Shown here in pieces: positions 34,950-41,310 of a stretch of 41,310 bases of DNA (position 1 is its first letter; the number at the start of each line of letters is the position of its first letter). The notes under the pieces are model-generated. The model saw only the letters and a program-made list of their open reading frames with translations, was not told the origin of the DNA and did no database searches. The stretch lies in contig JBAZRG010000005.1 of the NCBI GenBank assembly GCA_041663145.1, positions 1 through 41,310 on the forward strand, read 5' to 3'. Source of the stretch: Minisyncoccota bacterium. Its GTDB lineage: Bacteria; Patescibacteriota; Minisyncoccia; Phycocordibacterales; PALSA-1337. A program made the translations under genes and the position numbers.

Positions 34950-36623
34950 CTAGTCTTGTAATGCTATAACCCTCTCCACTTCTTCTAGGGATGTAAGTCC
35001 CTGTAAAATTTTGAGTACTCCATCTTGTCGCATAGTCAATATTCCTTGACCGCGAGCAGCTGCCCAGACTTCACGTTCGCTAGGATTCAGTTCTACGGCA
35101 TTTTCTATCTTTTCATCAGTCAAAATAGCTTCGTATATGCCAATACGACCCTTGAAACCGGTCTTATTACACTTATCACAACCGACTGCCGCCCAGATCT
35201 TTGCGCGATCTTTTGGTATGAGTGTTTTGTCTTCAATATCATTGATGATAGTTTCTATTTCTTGTTGAGCATTGCCCTCAAGAGGTATTTCTTTTTTGCA
35301 GGCCGAACAGAGTCGACGCGCCAGTCGTTGGGCCATGGCAACACGGATAGCTGAGGTGATGACTTTTGAATTTACTCCAAGATCGATGAGGCGAGGGAAG
35401 GTGCCAGCCGCATCATTGGTGTGTAGAGTCGAAAATACCAAGTGTCCGGTTAGAGCGGAGTTGATGGCAATGTCAGCAGTCTCATTGTCGCGAATTTCAC
35501 CGACCATGATAATGTCGGGATCTTGTCTCACGGCGGCTCTTAGTCCTTCCAGGAAGTTGTATCCTTTATCGTTGACCTGAGTTTGGACTATTCCAGGTAG
35601 ATGATATTCGATCGGGTCCTCAATAGTGATGATTTTGACCTCGGGAGTGTGGATTTTCTTCAAGAAAGCATATAGAGTAGTCGTTTTTCCTGAACCAGTC
35701 GGACCAGTCGTGAGGATCATACCATCTGGTCTGTCCATTTCTTTTAGTAAAATATCCAGCAATTTTGGATTGATACCGAGTTGTTCCAGAGGCACGTCTA
35801 TTGTTTTCGGATTGAGTATGCGCATGACAACTGATTCGTTGTAAGCACCCGGCAAGATAGAGACGCGGATCTCGATCTGTCCTATAGGTAGATGAATACT
35901 AAATCTGCCGTCTTGTGAATCGTGTTTGATATTGAGTTTCATTCCGGAAATGAGCTTTATCCTAGATAGGAGTAGGGCATAAGTTTCTAGATCAAATCGA
36001 GTTACTTCTTGCAAAACTCCGTCCAGACGATAGCGAAGACGAATATATTTTTCTTCTGGTTCAAAATGAATATCAGAAGCCTCGATCGCTAGAGCCCCAG
36101 CCAAAGATGTTTCGAGTATGCGCGATACGCGATAGCTTTTTTTGGCATTTACTGTTTGCTCGAGGATGGTGATGATGCTAGGTAAAGTTTGAGCTTGATC
36201 GATGATAGAAGCGATCTCCTCACTGGATATTTCTAGAGATCCAGCTTTACTTTCATAGGCGAAAGACAGATCTTTGTATATTGCCCAAGCTTTTTCTAGA
36301 CTATGACTGGAAGTGATGAATAGGATGGGATTGTAACCTTTGGTTTTTAGGGTCTCCAATACGGCTAAGACTTTCTCATTTTGAGGATTGCGCGCAGCAA
36401 CCTTAACTTTTTTGTCGACCAGTGCAAAACTGGTCAATTCAGCATCTCTAGCAATTTTTTCATCAACCAATCTTATAGCATCGGCATTTACCGGTGTTAC
36501 TGTAAGATTTACATATTCCAGGTTGTATTTGCCCGATAATATCTGAACCAGCTCTTCCTCTTCTCTTTGAAGAAGTTCGGATATCTTACGATTTTGTTTG
36601 TCTTCGTCAAAAGTGAGTGTCAT
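34950..36623 (-). CDS. pilB: GspE/PilB-family type II/IV secretion (type IV pilus assembly) ATPase
   Basis: 557 aa. T2SSE N-domain, Walker A TGPTGSGKTTTL, IMVGEIRD, the His box LVFSTLHTND, and the tetracysteine motif CSACKK...CDKCNKTGFKGRIGIYE. Confidence 0.92.
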   Translation of the reverse strand: MTLTFDEDKQNRKISELLQREEEELVQILSGKYNLEYVNLTVTPVNADAIRLVDEKIARDAELTSFALVDKKVKVAARNPQNEKVLAVLETLKTKGYNPILFITSSHSLEKAWAIYKDLSFAYESKAGSLEISSEEIASIIDQAQTLPSIITILEQTVNAKKSYRVSRILETSLAGALAIEASDIHFEPEEKYIRLRYRLDGVLQEVTRFDLETYALLLSRIKLISGMKLNIKHDSQDGRFSIHLPIGQIEIRVSILPGAYNESVVMRILNPKTIDVPLEQLGINPKLLDILLKEMDRPDGMILTTGPTGSGKTTTLYAFLKKIHTPEVKIITIEDPIEYHLPGIVQTQVNDKGYNFLEGLRAAVRQDPDIIMVGEIRDNETADIAINSALTGHLVFSTLHTNDAAGTFPRLIDLGVNSKVITSAIRVAMAQRLARRLCSACKKEIPLEGNAQQEIETIINDIEDKTLIPKDRAKIWAAVGCDKCNKTGFKGRIGIYEAILTDEKIENAVELNPSEREVWAAARGQGILTMRQDGVLKILQGLTSLEEVERVIALQD

Positions 36624-36751
36624 TAGGCATAATTATAGCGTCAAATGAGGACTTGTGAAAGTTACACTTGCACATAGTCCGAATGCAGACGATATATGAG
36701 CGAAGCGAATATAACTCAAAATGAATCAAGAAGCATGATAATATTAGCTCT

Positions 36752-37240
36752 ATGAAGAATCTGATATCAAATTCGTTGGAAGAAACGGAGAAAATCGCTT
36801 TCGAGTGGCTAAACGATATTGCCCACCAATACTCAGAGATGGATGAAGCATTGTTCGTTGGTCTATCCGGTCATCTCGGGGCAGGAAAGACTGCTTTCGT
36901 CAAAGCTGTGGCCAAAAAACTGGGAATAGTAGAGGATGTTACGAGTCCAACATTTGTAATTATGAAGTCATATAAGATCAATCATAAGATAGTTGAAGAA
37001 AATAATTCGGATCTAGTTTTAAAACAAACCATTCCTTGGCAATATTTGGTACACATAGATGCGTATCGTCTAGAAAAACGGCAAGAACTGGAAGCAATAC
37101 AGTGGGAAAAGATTGTGGCTGATAAGAATAATCTGATAATTATGGAGTGGCCGGAAAATGTTGAATTGTCTGAATTTGCCCCCTTAGCCGATCTTCGATT
37201 TCAAATTTTGGATGATAAGCACAGTATATCCATATCATAG
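36752..37240 (+). CDS. tsaE: tRNA t6A37 biosynthesis protein TsaE
   Basis: 162 aa. P-loop GLSGHLGAGKTAFVK, then VTSPTFVIMKSY and HIDAYRL, typical of TsaE/YjeE. Confidence 0.88.
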   Translation: MKNLISNSLEETEKIAFEWLNDIAHQYSEMDEALFVGLSGHLGAGKTAFVKAVAKKLGIVEDVTSPTFVIMKSYKINHKIVEENNSDLVLKQTIPWQYLVHIDAYRLEKRQELEAIQWEKIVADKNNLIIMEWPENVELSEFAPLADLRFQILDDKHSISIS

Positions 37241-39699
37241 TGTACAATACCGACATGAATACTAATTCTATTTCAAAAAAAGATGAGACTAAGGTTTCCG
37301 TAAAAAAGCGGCTTGTTCTGCTCGATGCACACGCCATATTGCATCGTGCGTACCATGCATTGCCGGATTTTGCGACAGCTAGCGGTCAACCGACAGGGGC
37401 GTTATACGGTTTGTCGGCTATGGTTCTAAAGATCATTGAAGATTTGAAGCCGGACTATATGGCGGCTTGTTATGACGTCAAAGGTCCGACATACAGACAT
37501 GAGGCATATAAAGAATACAAAGCTGGCAGAAAAGCGGCCGAAGATGATCTTGTCGTTCAGATGAACAGATCTCGTGATATATTCACCGCTCTCAATATTC
37601 CTATTTATGATAAACAAGGCTTTGAAGCAGACGATATTTTGGGAACTATTGTAGAACAGTTGAGCGGTACAGATACTGAAATCATCATTGCATCTGGTGA
37701 TATGGATACTTTACAGCTCGTTTCTGGGGATAGAGTCAAAGCTTATACTCTAAAGAAGGGTATCAACGATACTATTATGTACAATGAAAAAGCTGTACGT
37801 GACAGATATGGTTTTGGTCCGGAACTCGTTCCTGATTACAAAGGATTACGCGGTGATCCTTCCGATAATATCGTCGGAGTAAAAGGTATAGGTGAAAAGA
37901 CAGCGACAATACTATTGACTACTTTTGGATCTATAGAAAATATTTACAAAGAACTGGAAAGTGAACCAATATCAAAAGGTGAAGAGAAATTTAAAAAAGC
38001 CGGTATAACGCCGAGAATAATTCAACTTTTGAGAGACAATAAGGAAGAAGCCGAGTTTAGCAAGATGTTGGCCACTATTCGTCGTGATGTACCCATAAAG
38101 TTTTCATTTCCAGAAAATATTATCAAAGATAGTATTGATTCAAAAAAGATCAATGCTTTATGGACGGAGCTCGAATTTCGAACTTTGCCACAAAGATTCG
38201 CTCAACAACTTTCAAAATGGCGCAATCCTGAAGCGAAAAATCCAGACGAGACAAGTGATAAACCGGCTGTTAATGGACAACTAGGCTTGGAGATCAGTCC
38301 AGATCCGGTAGAACTCGAAAAAGTTTCGGTTGCCTTGTGGCTCATCCAATCAAATCTGACCAACCCAAAATTGGAAGACGTTTTGCAATATTCTAATACT
38401 GACGATTTTGGTAAAGCTAGAGAAGCCATCATGTCTGAACTGAAAAAAAGGAATCTGACCAATGTTTATGAAAATATAGAATTACCGTTGATACCGATCA
38501 CACATCGCATGGAAGAGCGGGGAGTCCGGATAGATCGAAAGATCTTATCAGATTTGTCCAAGGAATATCACACTGAATTGGATCTTTTGCAAAAAAATAT
38601 TTGGCAGGCGGCCGGTGTCGAATTTAATATCAATTCGCCAAAACAGCTCGGTGAAATATTGTTCGACAAGTTGGGTTTGACGGCCAAAAATATGAAGAAA
38701 ACTGGTGGCGGAGCTAGATCGACAAAGGAGTCAGAGTTGGAAAAACTTCGAGATTTGCACCCGATCGTGCCGTTTATTTTCGAATATCGAGAATTGGCAA
38801 AACTCCTTTCTACTTATATCGATGCTATCCCGCCACAATTGGATGGAAAAGATCGATTGCATACGGATTTTGTTCCGGCTGGTACGACGACTGGAAGGAT
38901 GGCTTCCATCAATCCGAATTTACAAAATATCCCTATCAAATCCGAATTGGGCAAAGCCATACGCACAGCATTCATTGCTGAAGATGGTTTTGTCTTGGCT
39001 GGCTTCGATTATTCCCAAATGGAACTTCGAATCGCCGCTTTTATGTCGGGTGATCAAAAATTGATAGAGATATTTCGAAAGGGAGATGATGTACATACTT
39101 CTGTGGCCTCAGAAGTTTTCAAAGTACCACGAGAGGCAGTTACATCTAATATGCGAAGACAGGCCAAGGTCATCAATTTCGGCATCATATATGGCATGGG
39201 AGTTATGGCTTTGAAACAAAATCTGGGAACGACCAGGGAAGAAGCGCAAAAGTTTATGAATGAATATTTTGCTACTTTTTCAACTTTGGCTACATTTCTG
39301 GAGAAAGTTCGAGAGGAAACATCGAAACGCGGATTTACGGAAACATTCTTCGGTCGACGCCGATATTTCGAGGGTATCAATTCCAAAATTCCTTTTGTTC
39401 GAGCCCAAGCCGAACGTATGGCAATCAACGCTCCTATTCAAGGTACTGGAGCGGATGTTATAAAACTAGCCATCATAAAGATAGATGAATATATCCGAAA
39501 TGAAAAGCTTGAGAATGATGTATTTCCGATCTTACAGGTTCATGATGAATTGGTATTCGAGATTAGACAGGGGAAAGAGCAAGTGGTTGTACCGAAGATC
39601 GAGGAGATCATGGAATCGATAATAGATCCAAAGGAAATCGAGGGAATAGTGATGAAAGCGACTGCCGCAACAGGTAACAATTGGGGCGAATTAAAATAA
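37240..39699 (+). CDS. polA: DNA polymerase I (5'-3' exonuclease plus family A polymerase)
   Basis: 819 aa. The start is GTG 37240 or ATG 37255. 5' nuclease motifs (LLDAHAILHRAYHA, EADDILGT, GDMDTLQL, GVKGIGEKTA). Pol A motifs (RLHTDF..TTGRMASINPNLQNIP, DYSQMELRIAAF, RRQAKVINFGIIYGM, QVHDELVFE). I saw no clear 3'-5' exonuclease motifs. Confidence 0.95.
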   Translation: MYNTDMNTNSISKKDETKVSVKKRLVLLDAHAILHRAYHALPDFATASGQPTGALYGLSAMVLKIIEDLKPDYMAACYDVKGPTYRHEAYKEYKAGRKAAEDDLVVQMNRSRDIFTALNIPIYDKQGFEADDILGTIVEQLSGTDTEIIIASGDMDTLQLVSGDRVKAYTLKKGINDTIMYNEKAVRDRYGFGPELVPDYKGLRGDPSDNIVGVKGIGEKTATILLTTFGSIENIYKELESEPISKGEEKFKKAGITPRIIQLLRDNKEEAEFSKMLATIRRDVPIKFSFPENIIKDSIDSKKINALWTELEFRTLPQRFAQQLSKWRNPEAKNPDETSDKPAVNGQLGLEISPDPVELEKVSVALWLIQSNLTNPKLEDVLQYSNTDDFGKAREAIMSELKKRNLTNVYENIELPLIPITHRMEERGVRIDRKILSDLSKEYHTELDLLQKNIWQAAGVEFNINSPKQLGEILFDKLGLTAKNMKKTGGGARSTKESELEKLRDLHPIVPFIFEYRELAKLLSTYIDAIPPQLDGKDRLHTDFVPAGTTTGRMASINPNLQNIPIKSELGKAIRTAFIAEDGFVLAGFDYSQMELRIAAFMSGDQKLIEIFRKGDDVHTSVASEVFKVPREAVTSNMRRQAKVINFGIIYGMGVMALKQNLGTTREEAQKFMNEYFATFSTLATFLEKVREETSKRGFTETFFGRRRYFEGINSKIPFVRAQAERMAINAPIQGTGADVIKLAIIKIDEYIRNEKLENDVFPILQVHDELVFEIRQGKEQVVVPKIEEIMESIIDPKEIEGIVMKATAATGNNWGELK

Positions 39700-39700
39700 T

Positions 39701-40450
39701 ATGTTATATGTTTTTCATGGTGAAAATGTGAGTGAGTCTTCAAAAAAGGCCAGAACCCTGATCGATTCTTTGCGAAAGAAAAGGCCCGAAGCTCTCTTTG
39801 TCAAAATCGATGATCGTGATTGGGATAAATCTCTACTGGAAAGTCATCTTGGAGGACAGGGTTTGTTCTCGAGTAAATACATCGTCTTTCTCGACAAGGT
39901 TACCTTGAATGAAGACGCGGATGGATCTTTGTCTCAATTTATCGAACCGATGCATGAATCGTCTAATATATTCATTGTCTTTGAAAGCAAACTCAGAGCT
40001 GAATATGTAAAATTGTTTGCTAAATATGCCGAGAAAGTGGTGGTTTCGGAGGTGAATAATTCAGTCAAATTTGCCAAAAATAAAGAATTTAATATTTTTG
40101 GTTTGGGTGATGCTATAGGGACTAGGGAAGTGTACAAAGCCTGGATGCTCTATAGAGAGGCCTTGGACCACGGTCTTCAACCGGAAAACATCATCGGTAC
40201 GGTATTTTGGCAGGTCAAATCGATCATTTTGGCGTCAAAGAGTAAAAGTGCCGCAGAAAGCGGACTAAGCCCTTTTGTTTTTAACAATTGCAAACGGTTT
40301 GCTTCGAATTACTCCATGAACGAGCTCTCCGACATGTCACGCAATCTTGTTTCTTTGTACCATGATGGACACCGCGGTCTAGTCGACCTTGAATTGGCTA
40401 TGGAAAAGTTTATTTTGAAAATGGGGACTAAGTTAGTAGCAAGTCACTAA
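39701..40450 (+). CDS. holA: DNA polymerase III delta subunit-like protein (short)
   Basis: 249 aa, starting 1 nt after the polA stop. The N-terminal pattern (YVFHGEN......A..LI..L.........KID......SLLESHLGGQGLFSSKYIVFL) resembles HolA domain I. It is shorter than typical HolA, so the assignment is moderate. Confidence 0.55.
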   Translation: MLYVFHGENVSESSKKARTLIDSLRKKRPEALFVKIDDRDWDKSLLESHLGGQGLFSSKYIVFLDKVTLNEDADGSLSQFIEPMHESSNIFIVFESKLRAEYVKLFAKYAEKVVVSEVNNSVKFAKNKEFNIFGLGDAIGTREVYKAWMLYREALDHGLQPENIIGTVFWQVKSIILASKSKSAAESGLSPFVFNNCKRFASNYSMNELSDMSRNLVSLYHDGHRGLVDLELAMEKFILKMGTKLVASH

Positions 40451-40728
40451 CCAAATAACTCTGAATGAGAACCGATTTCTGCCAAAGTCATCAATTTGAG
40501 ATCATCATCTATTTCATAGATCAATAATAAGTCAGCCATGATGTGGCATTCTCTGCATCCGGCATAATTACCTCTGAGAGCGTGATCTCGAAATTTAGCA
40601 GGAAGATTGCCGTCCGATGTTAAAAAATCAATCACTTTCTGAATAGTCGATAATTCAATAGACCCGGAGCGAGCTAGCTTTTTTAGAGACCTTTTGAATG
40701 ATTTGGTGTATACAATTTCGTATGACAT
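40447..40728 (-). CDS. Type II toxin, YafQ/RelE-family mRNA interferase
   Basis: 93 aa. YTKSFKRSLKKL, FRDHALRGNYAGCRECHIMADLLLIYEI matches the YafQ-type signature. Its start codon shares 1 nt with the antitoxin stop codon (both at 40728). Confidence 0.8.
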   Translation of the reverse strand: MSYEIVYTKSFKRSLKKLARSGSIELSTIQKVIDFLTSDGNLPAKFRDHALRGNYAGCRECHIMADLLLIYEIDDDLKLMTLAEIGSHSELFG

Positions 40729-41009
40729 CAGCCAAGTATATCACTTAGCATATGAGTAGAAGAAGAATATTTTTTACCGTGTTTTTTTGCAGATGCGATC
40801 TCCTTTATCAGTTGAGCGACATATTTAGGATCGTTCAAACGCCCTTTCTGGTCAAAAGAAAAAGGAATTGATCCTGTCTGTATGATCTTTCGAAAGAAGG
40901 CCGTTACCGCAGTAGATATGTCTAACCCGAAATCTTCAATGATTTTCTGCGCAGTAGATTTCGTCTCTTTGTCCATGCGAACGTTTATTGTAGTCGTTTT
41001 GATAGCCAT
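40728..41009 (-). CDS. Type II antitoxin, DinJ/RelB family
   Basis: 93 aa. TINVRMDKETKSTAQKIIEDFGLDISTAVTAFFRKIIQTGSIPF is the ribbon-helix-helix DinJ/RelB N-domain. It is upstream of and overlaps the toxin gene. Confidence 0.8.
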   Translation of the reverse strand: MAIKTTTINVRMDKETKSTAQKIIEDFGLDISTAVTAFFRKIIQTGSIPFSFDQKGRLNDPKYVAQLIKEIASAKKHGKKYSSSTHMLSDILG

Positions 41010-41015
41010 AATACC

Positions 41016-41043
41016 AGTATATACAATGTATACTCAATGTCAA
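41016..41043 (-). promoter_or_regulatory. Candidate sigma70-type promoter with overlapping palindromic operator for the TA operon
   Basis: The minus strand reads TTGACA (41043-41038), a 16-nt spacer, then TATACT (41021-41016), which ends 6 nt upstream of the antitoxin ATG. The imperfect palindrome AGTATATACAATGTATACT (41016-41034) overlaps the -10 and spacer, as expected for antitoxin autoregulation. Confidence 0.45.
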
Positions 41044-41188
41044 TACGTATGTGCCCATTTATAATCGTGTTCTGATAACGTTCTATTGTACGCCCTATTG
41101 AACGAAGTCAGAACCGCAGTTCTCGGCATTTCTGGCTATCCGCCTTTTGAAATCGTGAGGTCGTGGTAACGGATCATTTAATGGAACA

Positions 41189-41310
41189 CTACTCTCTAAG
41201 AATAAATTTTTTATTAACAGCTAATTGGGCGACGCGAACTTCTTCATGATCCATATATCCGTCCTTTTTTCCAAGTAACTTTTCGCAATCTACATTTGTC
41301 TGTCCTCTCA
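41189..41310 (-). CDS. Possible 3' end of a minus-strand CDS running off the window (unknown product)
   Basis: My translation of the minus strand from 41308 is RGQTNVDCEKLLGKKDGYMDHEEVRVAQLAVNKKFILRE, with stop (CTA on plus) at 41189-41191. Only 39 codons are visible and I recognise no family. Confidence 0.3.
   Translation of the reverse strand, partial: RGQTNVDCEKLLGKKDGYMDHEEVRVAQLAVNKKFILRE

Noticed and set aside
36676-36707. Short motif CATAGTCC shared between the pilB-tsaE spacer hairpin (GGACTTGTG...CACATAGTCC) and the ncRNA candidate (GGGCATAGTCCTAAGG), plus GCAGAGTCCGAGG at 130-142
   Set aside because: An 8-mer match, or a near match, is within chance expectation for 41 kb on two strands. 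It is not enough to define a family without a genome-wide scan.
1-41310. Alternative genetic code (UGA recoding as in some CPR or SR1 lineages)
   Set aside because: Long, motif-complete ORFs end at TGA (for example 5208-5210, 10108-10110, 14991-14993). None of the recognised genes needs read-through of an in-frame TGA.

Overview
This window is a gene-dense, roughly 40% GC (by eye) core-chromosome segment. From the protein repertoire I infer a Patescibacteria/CPR-like bacterium using the standard code, since TGA, TAA and TAG all terminate good ORFs. It contains the origin locus (yidC-rnpA-rpmH on the minus strand, then dnaA, a DnaA-box/AT-rich spacer and dnaN on the plus strand). Housekeeping genes include rpsO, an NYN-domain gene, pnp, comM/yifB, pcrA, rsmA, a class A PBP, ruvB-yebC-ruvC, pilB/gspE, tsaE, polA, holA-like and a YafQ/DinJ toxin-antitoxin pair. 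I saw no rRNA, tRNA, CRISPR array, transposase or integrase.

The main accessory feature is a 12.6-kb, 11-gene plus-strand operon at 12395..25006. It encodes a minimal type IV secretion-like apparatus: a VirB4-like ATPase, an extra stand-alone VirB4 N-domain-like protein, a PrgI/VirB3-like protein, a VirB6/TrbL-like polytopic protein and a T4SS-pilin-like protein with a long coiled-coil tail. The operon also holds several secreted or anchored proteins with no family I recognise, and it has no coupling protein, relaxase or VirB11. A peptidoglycan-binding protein is transcribed divergently from it.

The second notable feature is non-coding. Four unusually long hairpin elements with 30-35 bp perfect arms fill operon boundaries almost exactly. 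Two of them share a conserved apical core although their arms differ. A separate multi-helix candidate ncRNA of about 145-250 nt, with a C(UUCG)G-capped hairpin, lies between ruvB and pilB.
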